Assembly (NCBI GenBank): GCA_964016885.1
Contig: OZ024741.1
Location: 48,236,001 to 48,300,000, forward strand
Reading direction: 5' to 3'
Source: Eledone cirrhosa
Taxonomy: Eukaryota
DNA: 64,000 bases
Part shown: piece by piece, positions 1-11,944 of the stretch
Numbering within the stretch: the stretch's first letter is position 1
How the letters are laid out: each line of letters starts with the position of its first letter
Made by a program: the position numbers and the translations under genes
The notes under the pieces: model-generated
What the model was told of the DNA's origin: nothing
Databases searched by the model: none
The model's input: the letters and a program-made list of their open reading frames with translations, nothing else

Positions 1-266
1 GAGACAAGTTATGCTTTTAGGCAAATTACACAAATATAGACTGTGCAAGGGCTCAGCCATAGGAGAAAAATATAGAAAGGAGAGAAATAGTAAAGCAGAA
101 GAGAATAATATGGACTGTAGTCCAACGTGCAGACAAAGAAGGAAACTGAGGTGTAGAAAAAGGAAGAAGGAAAAATAGAGGAAAACAGGCCTTTCAAAAA
201 GTTTTTTAAAAAAGCCTGCATGACGAAGTCTTTAGAATATAAATTCATATATATATATATATATAT

Positions 267-1400
267 TTTTGGGTCTCAAAGTCAACATGACCAAGACTAA
301 GGTCCTTGTAAGTAGATGAGAAAACAGAACCCAGATCCCCTCGGGGAAATGGCCTTGCTCAGTATGTAGGAAAGGTGTAGGTAGGAACTCCATTCTCTGC
401 CCCAAATGCAAACAATGGATACACAAGAGATGTAGCGGGATCTCAGGAAGCTTAATTAAGAATGTAGGATTCACATGCAGCAGCTGTGCTGAAACAGCAA
501 GCAGCAAACAGCCACAGGAAACAAGTACCACCAATCTCTGGGAGGGCCCTGTAGAAACAGTAGACAGCTTCTGCTACCTAGGTGACCGAATTAGCAACGG
601 AGGTGGGTGTTCAGAAAGTACAATAACTAGGGTAAGAACGGGATGGAAGAAGTTTAGGGAACTACTACCACTGCTAGCTGCAAAAGGCTTCTCCCTCAGA
701 ATGAAAGGCAGACTGTATGATGCGTGTATCTGAACAGCGATGTTGCATGGTAGTGAGACCTGGGCGCTGAAGGTGGAAGACTTACGTAGATTAGAGAGAA
801 ACGAAGCCTGCATGCTCCGATGGATGTGTAACAGTAATATACGTGAACGACAAAGCATAAATGAATTGAGAGAGAGACTGAGCATAAGAGGAATCAAATG
901 CTGTGTGCAGGAGAGGCGGTTGCGCTGGTATGGACATGTGATGCGTATGAAGGATGACAGCTGCATAAAAAGGTGCAGAGCACTAGAAGTTGATGGAAAC
1001 CGCGGAGTGGGGAGACCCAAGATGACCTGGGATGAGGTGATAAAAGCCGATCTTACCCCTTACCTCTCAAAGACAATGACACACGACCGTGACTTCTGGC
1101 GTCACGCAGTAATACAGAGTACCCGACCTCCCATGGGTACATGCTGAAGTATATAAACAATATGCCCCCACACCCTCCCACCGCAAGGTGGTCGTGGAGG
1201 TGCCACGAAAAAGCACCCAGCACTCACTGTAAATGAGGTTGGTGTTAGGAAGGGCATCCAGCTGTAGAAATCAAGCCAGATCAGTTCCTGTATGAGCAAG
1301 GCATGGTCAGCCGACCAGACACTGCACACAACAGGACAACCCGTCTAACCCATGCTAGCGTGGAAGAATGGACGTAAAACGGTGATGATGATGATGATGA
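267..1400 (+). mobile_element. RTE-clade LINE, 5'-truncated (RT C-terminus with PHD-like finger, 3' UTR, (GAT)n tail)
   Basis: Translates GKWPCSVCRKGVGRNSILCPKC..H..C, MLHGSETW, RRLRWYGHVMRM; premature TGA at 731-733; 3' UTR motif aggaagggcatccagctgtagaaa; (GAT)n at ~1383-1400. Confidence 0.93.
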
Positions 1401-1414
1401 TTTTAATATAGAAA

Positions 1415-1465
1415 AGCTTCTACAGGACTAGAACTGTTTCATTCGTGAGAAATCATCAGGAAGCT
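1415..1465 (-). ncRNA. Type I hammerhead ribozyme motif (probably in a Penelope pLTR remnant)
   Basis: Minus strand reads agcttc-CTGATGA-tttctcacgaat-GAAAC-ag ttctagtc ct-GTA-gaagct: 6-bp stem I, weak stem II (ttc/gaa), stem III acag/ctgt, GUA cleavage triplet. Confidence 0.75.
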
Positions 1466-1494
1466 CGGAATAACTTATATATATATAATATAAT

Positions 1495-1650
1495 GTAAAA
1501 CAAAAAAAGTATGGTAAGATACCAGGTGGACCATAACGCACCAGAGTACTCTATACTTAGAGTAATAGTGTGTGATAGGAAAATAGTCAGGACCCCGACA
1601 GCTGATTTAGCTGTCGAAACGGCTGGAGCTCAGCCGTCGGGGTCCTAACT
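1495..1650. mobile_element. Penelope-type pLTR remnant with an inverted partial hammerhead (no CUGANGA box)
   Basis: aggacccc-gacagct/agctgtc-GAAAC-ggctg gagct cagcc-GTC-ggggtcct at 1589-1646; 1500-1600 is homologous to 17790-17890. Confidence 0.55.
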
Positions 1651-1652
1651 CT

Positions 1653-1718
1653 TCATCATCATCATCAACGTTTAACGTCCGTGTTCCACGCTTGCATGGG
1701 TTTGGACGGGGGTTTTCT
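1653..1718 (-). mobile_element. RTE 3' tail fragment
   Basis: (CAT)n followed by cgtttaacgtccgtgttccacgcttgcatgggtttggacgg, the reverse complement of the tail at 7360-7420. Confidence 0.85.
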
Positions 1719-2377
1719 CATATATATATATATATATGATAAGAGTTTAGGTTGATATCCAGTGATTTCGATCTCATTTACAATTTGCTCAAATTCATTT
1801 GAAGCACACGCATAGGATTAATTGTGAATCACACACACACACACAAATCTTATTGTTAGCTTTTTTGTAATAGAAAAGTGGCCTGTATGTGATTTATCTA
1901 TCATAGATAAACAATGATATTGTATAATAAACTGTTGTAATAAATATTACTGATAACATCTGTCATAGTGTTAGTTACTTGACTTTCAAATCAAACTAGA
2001 AATACTGTCAGGAAGTCTGCTACTGTTGAAAGTATAAATAGATTGATAGAGATACTGTGATGTTGGATATTAAAAGAGTTTAGTTAAAGCATCTGTCTTC
2101 TAATGAAAATAAATAATTTCAGCAAGAACTGATGGTAGTTTTAAATCCAGGTTATATCTGTTTAAACAAACTGGTTAAATTAAACAAGTTAAATTAGTCA
2201 ACTTTCTTCCTGGGTCACTATATTTCTCTGAAGAGTTAACTTAGTAAATTAGTAATAGTAGGACTCCTTTGAAATTTTATGATGTAGAAATGTATTCCAG
2301 ATTTGATCCACCATATTGAATTGCAGCTGGAGTTTTGAAATTATATATATATATATATATGATAATAATAATAATCA

Positions 2378-3141
2378 CCATCATCATCATCGCCACCACT
2401 ATCACCATCACCACCATCCTCATCCTATGCTGGAGTGGGTTGGATGGTTTGACCCATCTTGCTCATGTTACAAATTTGGCATGGGTTTTTATTGCTGGAT
2501 GCCCTCCTTAATACAAACCATGGTGTGCTGGGTACATTTCTTTTTGTGGCACCCATACCAACACTTTACAGTGTGTACAGGTTGTATTTTTTATCATGGC
2601 ACTAACACTAGAGATGTTATTACATGTTCATCCCGAGTGAAGGGACTTCTTAAACCATTTGATTGTCAATACTGTAGCCTCTGGCAACTCTGTACATTTA
2701 CTTCTTGTATTACAGGATGTTGTCATCTCCTTCATGAGGTTTAGTTTTTTGAGGTTATTTTTCACATCATCCTATATATTCCTAGGTTACCCTCGTCCAC
2801 TTCAAGTGCTTGGCACTTTTGATACAACACTTGCTCTCTTTATGCATGAAGCAAAATGATCTCTCTTGCAGGCTGCATTCAATTCTTCTTATACTTCTTG
2901 TGCTATATCATTCACTGTCTTTAACATTTAGTGAAGCATGCATGCTTCATTTTTCTTTTTAGCTGCCACATATCGTCTGTGCTCAGGGTCAATGTTTCAC
3001 TGCCATGCAGCATAGAGTTCACACATAATCTGCCCTTCACTCTGAGAGAGAAACCGTTTGTTGCTAGCAGAGATAATAGGTCCCTGAACTTCTTCCACCC
3101 TGTTCTCACTCTGGTTATGACATTCAGTATATCTACCAACA
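2378..3141 (-). mobile_element. Old RTE LINE, 3' part (continues at 7424-9095)
   Basis: ORF 2921-3142 RVRTGWKKFRDLLSLLATNGFSLRVKGRL..MLHGSET; degenerate 3' UTR and (CAT/CAC)n tail at ~2378-2420. Confidence 0.85.
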
Positions 3142-3695
3142 CTCTCTCTCACTCCCTAATATAAATAAGAATGTTACGAAGGACAAAACTCAGAATTTGT
3201 CAACTCTTATTAAGTGGTCATTCGACTTCTACGAAAATGTAATGTATAATATAACATTTTCTTCTTGTCTCCTAAACCTTCGGTTCATTCATCCATTCGG
3301 TTCATTCATCCATATATCTACAATCGTTGCTATCCTATAATTCTGTCTCACTGTTCTAAATAATCTCCTCCTTGCTATCCTATAATTCTGTTCTAAATAA
3401 TCATCTCCACGCTTGTTCTAAATAATCTTCACTTTGCTACCATTTTGGCCGAAAAATTTTTCCAGGATTCATAAAAATAGATTCTCTCGCTCCTCAAAAT
3501 CGCTATTACCCCCACTCTCTCTAAGATATACGTCCCTCTCTCTCTCTCACTCCCTAATATAAATAAGAATGTTACGAAGGACAAAACTCAGAATTTGTCA
3601 ACTCTTATTAAATGGTCAGTCGGCTTCTACGAAAATGTAATGTATAATATAACATTTTCTTCTTGTCTCCTAAACCTTCGGTTCATTCATCCATT
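3142..3695. repeat. ~155-bp direct repeat (3142-3297 and 3540-3695) with short gttctaaataatct repeats
   Basis: ctctctctcactccctaatataaataagaatgttacgaaggac...ttcggttcattcatccatt occurs twice, nearly identical. Confidence 0.9.
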
Positions 3696-3799
3696 GTTCT
3701 AAATAATCTTCTCTTTGCTAACTACCCCATACTCCTCCCTCCTTCCCCCACTCTCCACCTTTACTATTTGGACCAATCACAAGTCAACGGCCTATGCTA

Positions 3800-6700
3800 T
3801 CACTTCTGGCTGCTTTTCGATATGATGGATGGACTAAGGAATTTTTGGAGAGTCTGAAGAATCTGGACACTCGATGACAATGCCAAAGATAACGACAAAT
3901 TCACCTCATGCTGCCGGACGAAAGGGCAAGGCCCCCCTCCTCTTTGTTGCGGCCGCGGATGGCCAACATAACCCCAACCCCATCCTCCAAACACAATCCA
4001 AAACTTCAGAGTTGGTACCATGAACGTAGGCACCTTAAAAGGCCACTCTAACGAGGTTGTAGAAATGCTTGAACGTAAGGAGGTTGATGTTTGCTGTATC
4101 CAAGAGACCAGGTGGAGGGGCGGGTCTGCTAGATTCATTGTGGGTAAAAAAACGTTGCTATAAGCTTTTCTGGGTGGGAAATGACAATGGGATAGGTGGG
4201 GTAGGAATCATGTTAGCAGAAAAATGGGTGGATAAGATAATAGATGTAAATAGAGTGAATGACCGAATAATTAAAATAAGAATTGTTCTAAACAGAACTA
4301 CTGTGACAGTAATATCTGCATACGCACCCCAATCCAGACTGCCTGGCGCTATAAAAGACAGATTCTATGAGACACTGATGCTCACTACCTCCCAAATAAC
4401 CGACAGTGACTACATAATTATTGCTGGCGACCTAAATGGCCACGTTGGACAACATTGTGACGGCTATGCCGGAATGCACGGAGGCTATGGGTTTGGTACT
4501 AGAAATGAGGAAGGCTCCAGAATCCTGGAATTCTGTGACGCAAATAACCTAACTATCTGTAACACTAACTTCAAAAAACGAGACAATCACTTGATCACCT
4601 ACAGATCAGGGGAACATACCAGCCAGGTAGATTATATCCTTACCAGAAGACGTGACAGAGTGTCTGTTGTAAACACTAAATCCCTCCCCCATGAAGAATG
4701 CACCTCCCAACATAGACTGATAATTAGCGACCTCATAGTCAGGACGAGACGTACTAGACAGCAGAAGAGGACTATCCTCAGGAGAAAAATATGGAAGCTA
4801 AAGAATCCCACAGCCAGAAATAAATTTAAAAGCATATTACTTGATGCTTTCGACAGTAAGGAAGAGCAATTAGAGTCGTACAATATAGAGGAACTGGGAA
4901 TTCCTGAAAGCAAACCTGCTGATGGCGGCAGACGAAGTCTGTGGCTGGAGCAGGCCTGTAGGCAGGAGGAGAGTAACATGGTGGTGGAACAGTAAGGTGG
5001 AGGGGTCAATCAAGGCCAAAAAGCAGGCTTGGAAAGTATGGCGGGATGGGGGAAGTAGAGAAGACTATCAAGTGGCCAGGAGGGAAGCTCGGAGACAAGT
5101 GTACTTCACAAGAAGGGAAGCAGAGGAAAGAAAGTTCAAGCATGTTCTACAACGCGAGGACCAAAAACGTGAGGTGTTCAGGATTGCTAGGCAATGTGTC
5201 AAGGAAAACCGTGATATTGTCGGGGAGAAGTGTGTACTTAATGATGATGGCGTACTTGCCATCACTGACGCTGATAAGAAGGTAGCTTGGAAGTGTCACT
5301 ACGAAAGGCTACTAAATGAGGAGAATAAATGGGAGAAAGACAGTCTCCCCCATATCGACCCAATAAAGGGACCAGCAGTGTTAGTCGAAGGTAGTATAAT
5401 AAGTAAGGCAATCAAAGATATGAAGACGGGTAAGGCGGCTGGGCCTTCGGAAATAGTTGCTGAGATGCTGAAAGCCTCTGGAATGGTGAGACACACCATG
5501 GTCACCCGGATAGTAAACCAAGTCATACAGAATGGGGTTGTTCCGAAGGACTGGCGTAGCAGCATCATCGCTAACTGTTACAAGGGTAAAGGAGACGCCC
5601 TAGATAGGAGTAACTATAGAGGCATTAAATTAATCGACCAGGTCATGAAGGTCACGGAAAAAGTAATAGCGCAACTAATCAGAGAGAATTGATCTAGATG
5701 AAATGCAGTTCGGGTTTGTGTCAGGCAAAAGTACCACAGACGCTCTTTTCATTGTACGACAACTACAGGAGAAGTACCTAGCTAAAAGTAAACCCCTATA
5801 CTTAGCTTTCGTCGACTTGGAGAAAGCCTTCGACAGAGTCCCCCGTTCCATTATCTGGTGGGCTCTTAGAAAACTAGGTGTTGATGAATGGCTTGTGAGA
5901 GCTATACAAGCCATGTATAAAGAAACAGTCAGCAAGGTTAGAATTAACAACGAATATAGTGAAGAGTTTAGCGTAAAAGTTGGTGTTCATCAGGGCTCTG
6001 TTCTTAGCCCCCTACTATTTATTATTGCCCTTCAGGCTATAACAGTGGAGTTCAAGACCAGCTGCCCATGGGAACTCCTATACGCAGATGATCTAACGCT
6101 CATAGCTGAATCAATGGCCGAGCTAGAGAAGAAATTCCAAACATGGAAGCACGGCCTAGAATCAAAAGGCCTTAAAATTAACCTGGCTAAGACTAAAGTT
6201 CTAGTTTGTAGTAAAGAAAATAAGGCGCCGGTCCCTTCCGGGAAATGGCCATGCTCAGTGTGTAGGAAAGGCGTAGGTAGAAACTCCATTTTATGTCCCA
6301 AATGCAAAGTATGGGTGCATAAAAGATGTAGTGGGATCACAGGTAAGCTAACTAAAAACATAAATTTTACATGTGGCCGGTGCTCTGGTGCAATAAGTAG
6401 CAGCAAGTGCCCACAAAATACTAGCTCTTTCAATTGCACAGAGGGTTCTATAGAAATAGTGGGCAGCTTCTGTTACCTGGGTGACAAAATCAGCAGTGGG
6501 GCAGGGTGCTCTGATAGTACAGTAGCTAGAGTCAGAACTGGATGGAAAATGTTCAGAGAGCTTATACCACTATTAGCCGCTAAAGGGTTTTCCCTAAAAA
6601 TGAAAGGCAGGCTGTATGATGCCTGCATACGAACAGCAATGTTGCATGGCAGTGAGACCTGGGCATTGTGTGCAGAGGATATACGCAGACTAGAGAGGAA

Positions 6701-7423
6701 CGAAGCTTGCATGCTCCGCTGGATGTGTATTAGTAATATACGTGAACGGCAAAGCATAAACGAACTAAGGGAAAAATTAGAATAAGAGGGATCAGATGTT
6801 GTTTACTCGAGAGAAGGCTACGTTGGTATGGTCACGTGATGCGCATGAAAGACGACAGCTGTATAGCAAAGTGCAGGGCAATAAAGATAGACGGTAGCCA
6901 CGGAGTAGGCAGACCCAGAAAAACCTGGGATGACCTGATAAATTCCGACCTCACACACTTACACCTCTCCAAGACAATGTCATTGGACCAAGACCTTTGG
7001 CGGTACTCAGTAATAGAGAAGACCCGCCTTACCTAAATACAAAGTAAAAACCTACTACAGTCAGTAGGCATCTCTAACAAAATACACCCCCGTCCCACCA
7101 CCCCCATCCCATCCACACCGCCCCTTTCAATGTAAAGTTATGTTGGTGCCACAACATCCAGGCCGAAACAAATGAGATCGTGTAGGTGTCACGACAAAAA
7201 AACACACAGTCCACGCTGTAATGTGGCCGTGTAGGCAACACAGTAAAAACCTCCCAGCCCCACACTGTAAATGTGGTTGGTGTTAGGAAGGGCATCCAGC
7301 TGTAGAAAACCCGCCAGACAGTCCTATGCGAGCAAGACAACCACTCGTGCCTCAAGTGAGAAAACTCCCGTCCAAACCCATGTAAGCGTGGAACATGGAC
7401 GTTAAACGATGATGATGATGATG
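3800..7423 (+). mobile_element. Near full-length RTE LINE (APE endonuclease + RT + PHD-like finger), frameshifted
   Basis: APE motifs GTMNVGTL, CIQETRW, SAYAPQ, GDLNGH, SQVDYIL, SQHRL; RT motifs QFGF, FVDLEKAFD, GVHQGSVLSP, LYADD; ORF pieces 4069-4995, 4922-5692, 5703-6785, 6836-7036; (GAT)n tail. Confidence 0.96.
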
Positions 7424-9095
7424 ACTGCTTATGTGGTTACCTAGATAGTAAATGCTATCTACTACTATTAGTGAACCTTCTGAACATTTGAGAGATTTTT
7501 CATGAGTATTCTTACTGCTCACTACTCCTGAGTATCTGCCACATATGAAGTCTACATTCTCTGACAGCCTATCCCACTATATCTCTTGTGTGTCCACTGT
7601 CCACACTGAGTACACTGTATGGAGTTTCTACCTACTCCTTTTTTAGCATATTGAGCATGGCCATTTGCCCAATGGTATCTGAGCTCTGTCCTTTTTCCTA
7701 CTTACTAAAACTTTAGTCTTTACTAGGTTTATTTTGAGACCCTTTGATTCCAGGTTTGTTTCTATGCCTGGAATTTCTCTAATTCATTTCTAGTTTCTGC
7801 TATATTCTAGATAATCAGCATACAGAAGCTTACAAGGATAGTCATGAATTCTTCTGTTATGGCCTGGAGGACTATAATATACAAAAGTGGTGGTGGGGAA
7901 CTTGCGAGCTCTCACAAGCCATTCTTTTATCTCTAATTGCCTAAGTGCTCACCAACCCTTTTCTAGGTCAACAACTGTTAATTATAGGGGTTTATTCTTA
8001 GCTAAATACTTCTCCTGCAGTTATCTCACTTGGAAAAGAGCATCGGTTGTACTTCTCTCTGGAATAAAGCTAAACTGCATCTTATCATGATTGTTTTGTT
8101 ATTGCTCTTTCTGTAACTGTCATAGCTTGATCGTAACCTGATCCAGCAATTTGATCCCTTTGTAATTGATTCTCTATAGTGTGTCTCCTTTACCCTTGTA
8201 GTAGTTGCTTCTGTGCCAGTTTTGGGGTATGACATTCTCCTGTACTACCTGGCTTAAAATACGAGTGACTACCCTGTGTCCTGCTCTGCTGGATGATTTA
8301 ACCATCTCAAAAGTAACCCCCAAAAGAGTAATCTTTAATTGCCTTTCTATGATACTGCTATCAGCTTTGATGTCTGGTCATTCAGTTTGATCTACTTGTT
8401 GTACACCCTCTTTATCACATGCATTTTCTTCATTAACCTTTAGTAATAGTACTTCCATGCATCTTTTTTTGGCATGGGTCATTGTCATTCTGTACTCACT
8501 TCTCAATAGCATTTTGGTTTTCTCATGTTCACTGTCTTGTAATCCAAAACACCTCTCAACTCTGGTCCTCATACCACAGAACATTAATAAAACTCTTACC
8601 TACTAGCCCCAACTTTTCAGACTTTACAAGCCTGTCTTTTAGCTATTATAACCCTACCAACAGTATTACTCCACCAGTGTCATCATTTCATTTTCATTTT
8701 ATGTCCGCTTTTTCCCTGCTTGCAAGGGTGGGACAGGAACTGATTTTTGGTTTGATTTCTACAGCTGGATGCCCTTCCTAACACCAACCTCATTTACAGT
8801 GAGTGCTGGGTGCTTTTTTGCTGTGGCACCTCCACGACCACTTTGCAGTGGAATGATAGGGACCCCAGTCCCTATCATCTCATTTCTACAGCTGAGTAAA
8901 CTGGAGCAATGTGAAATAAAGTGTCTTGCTCAAGGAAACAACACATCACTCAGTCTGAGAATTGAACTCACAACCTTTCGATTGCAAGGCCAATGCTCTA
9001 ACCACTAAGCCATGTGCATCCATCTTCTATCTGGCTGGTACTTTACTCCAGTCACAAGTCTCATCTATAGCCCACAGTAGGTTGTCTCGCAAATA
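7424..9095 (-). mobile_element. Old decayed RTE LINE, RT/linker part (interrupted by SINE 8681-9021)
   Basis: Degenerate reverse-strand homology to the RT of 5000-6500; resumes in register with the 3141 breakpoint. Confidence 0.8.
8681..9021 (-). mobile_element. tRNA-headed SINE with RTE-derived 3' tail
   Basis: Reverse complement of 27006-27343; A-box tggcttagtgg, B-box gagttcaattc, tail caagcagggaaaagcggac. Confidence 0.88.
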
Positions 9096-9458
9096 CTTAC
9101 ATATATATAAAACTACTACAGCCATCACTTGTATCCAAGTATGACTTGGTAGAATGTACCATGCTTTCACTAAGAATTTTAGGTGCCCATTTAGTCATGA
9201 GCAAACCCAGACACACTCCCTCCATTCTCCCTCCCTTGATCAAGCAGAATACTCAGGATGTAACAGCTGGAAGAAAAGAGGGCAGCAGCAGAACTGAGTT
9301 GGACTTTTTTCATTGATCCCAAAAGGATGAAATGCAAAGTAGACCATGGCATGGTTTGAAATCAGAATGTGGAGAACTGGAACAAATACTTACACACATT
9401 CACATATACACCTTGCCCCCCCCCCCCCCCCCCCCAAAAAAAAACACACACACACAGT

Positions 9459-9732
9459 AGAGGCACATGGCCTAGTGGTAAGAGTGGCGAATTTACAACC
9501 AAAATGTCATGGGTTCAATTCCTGGGCTGGGCTGGGTTGTGTGTTGTGTTCTTGAGCAAAACACTTCATTTCACCTTGCTCCAGTATACTCAGCTGAAAA
9601 TGAGTACCAGGGGTTTAACCCTGCGATGGACTGGCGTCCTGTCCAGGGGGGAGTCTTGTACTCTGTCACTTCATGCCATGAAACCGGGATAAGCACCAGC
9701 CAAACGAGCCTTCTGGTTTAAGATAGACTTTA
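9459..9732 (+). mobile_element. tRNA-headed SINE (family shared with 54442-54722 and 62374-62650)
   Basis: gaggcacatggcctagtggtaag...gggttcaattcc...cttgagcaaaacacttcatttc...ccctgcgatggactggcgtcctgtccag. Confidence 0.85.
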
Positions 9733-9754
9733 GATACATACACACACACACATA

Positions 9755-9932
9755 CACTGTAAATGTGGTTGATGTTAGGAAGGTTACCCAGCTGTAAAAT
9801 CCCCGGCCAAATTTACAGTCCTGTCAGAGCAAGATACGGTGTACCCAATCCTGGCCAGACTTGTCTCACTACGCATATGACTCGTCTGACCCATGCAAGC
9901 ATGGAAAAATGGCCGTTAAACAGTGATGATGA
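9755..9932 (+). mobile_element. RTE 3' UTR remnant
   Basis: cactgtaaatgtggttg..ttaggaagg..ccagctgtaaaa...cccatgcaagcatggaa...gatgatga. Confidence 0.75.
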
Positions 9933-10289
9933 CACACACATATGAATAACATAATACTGTCTTTATTATGACTTGTTTTATTATGGGGGAGATTGAGAGC
10001 GTTTTTTAATGTTATATACAAACCAATCTTGCCAAATAAGAAAATAAAGAATTATTACTTGAAAGACATTTAAATCATAGTGAGGGGAAATATCATTAGA
10101 AAATTGTGAAAATAACTACATGCTCTTGTTAGAAGTACCATTCAGTTGTTGACATTTTCTTTGCACTTTATGCTATCTTCTTTATAATGTTATTTATGTC
10201 TACATCAATTTTACAAATATATATATATATATATTTATATACACACACATACATATACACATACATACATGTGCATATGTGTGTACGTA

Positions 10290-10342
<53 letters not shown>

Positions 10343-11944
10343 ATATATATATGTGTGTGTGTGTAAATATATTTGATTATACTGAAAATACAGGAACCTG
10401 CTTTTAACTGTACATGAAGATCTACTACACAAGGCCTTCAAAATAATTTTAACTATTTTTAATTTGTTCTTTTGCTCAGTTGACAGAATCTAGGAAGAAC
10501 ACATGTTAGTAAAATGATATAATTATAGCGAAATATTTAACGATGTATTATAATGATGAAGACTAGTGGAAATTTGTTAAATTATCGGAATGAACTTTAG
10601 GAGTTCCCCATTTGTCTGAGCTATTTCTGAATGTATCAAGGAAAGTAGTTTGACCAACTTTTGCAAGAAATGTCTGGCTTACTATGTGTGGGAAATGGTT
10701 CATCAGGCCCGAAGATAACAAGACCTAAGTAGAATTTAATGAAGAGTTGCAGTAATTGTAAATATCTAAAAATGGTGAAAATGTTTCCAAATATGCTGTA
10801 AGGATTTATATAAAGTTGATGCTATTAAAATGTTTTGGAAATTTGCTACTTTCACTGAGGTTCTTACAGGCTTACAATGTTTTCAACTTTTGTTCAAATT
10901 GAAAAAAAAAAAAGAAAAAAAAAATGTATTTATCTGAGGTCAACTTTGCCTTTCATCCATTCAAGGGTACCAGTTAAATACTGGGGTTTGATTCTTCCTC
11001 TATATCTCTTTCTCACTTCTGTTCTCTCACTATCTTTCTCTGAAAGAAATCTGGTGTGTTCTTTTAGAGGAGAGGAGAAGGGCTCTGCCAGGTTTTAAAA
11101 AATGTCCTAGAAATGGTGTATGTTGATATAATGCCCCTACTACTCCCTCATGAGTTACAGGACCATGCATGCATACATGAATTTATAATATTATTTATAT
11201 AAAATATACTATTACATTGTCAAAGTCATTTTAGCCTTTCATATATCTTTTACCATATATACTCAACTATAAGCCAAGGAATATGGGACCAAAAAATCGA
11301 TGGTAGAAGTGGGTTAATATTTTGAGGTTTTCACCAACTTTTAATTCTATGTAAATAAGGTTTGGATTTTTGTCCATTTCTCTGACATAAAATAGTGTAG
11401 TTAGCTTATATTCCTATTGGTTTATATTTGATTATATATAGTATATTGATTATATCAATCCCATTATTTGACTGGTACTTATTTTATCTAATGTGGAAAG
11501 ATGAACAGTAAAGTTAATCTCAGCAGGATTCAAATTCTGAATTTAAAGCACCACAACTAAATATTGGGGTCAACTTATATTCGAGTTGACCTGGTCAGTA
11601 TCACAGTTCAATAAATATTTTTACTCCAAGAAGTAAATGATAAACATAAAGTGAATTTAAAGTATTTTTTTGTTTTGTTTTTAATGGTTAAAATGACTCT
11701 CCTATAATATAATTAAGTCACAGATCAGTCAGTTAAGAGCTCTACATAACATAATATTGTTTTTAGGCAAGACATATTTAGCTGTTTTATAGCTTGATTG
11801 TCGTAAACAATTTTATTTTTCAAACTTTTACTGATTCCTCTGGTCCTGAGCTTCAATGTGTTGAGATTGTTAATACTATTTCTATGTCTACTGAGGATTA
11901 AATGTTAGTTCTATTGTAAAACTAGAATTCATTAAAAACATTGT

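Noticed and set aside
10553-10619. Possible C/D box snoRNA (ATGATGA...CTGA)
   Set aside because: No terminal stem and no guide target I can recognise; such motifs are common by chance in AT-rich DNA
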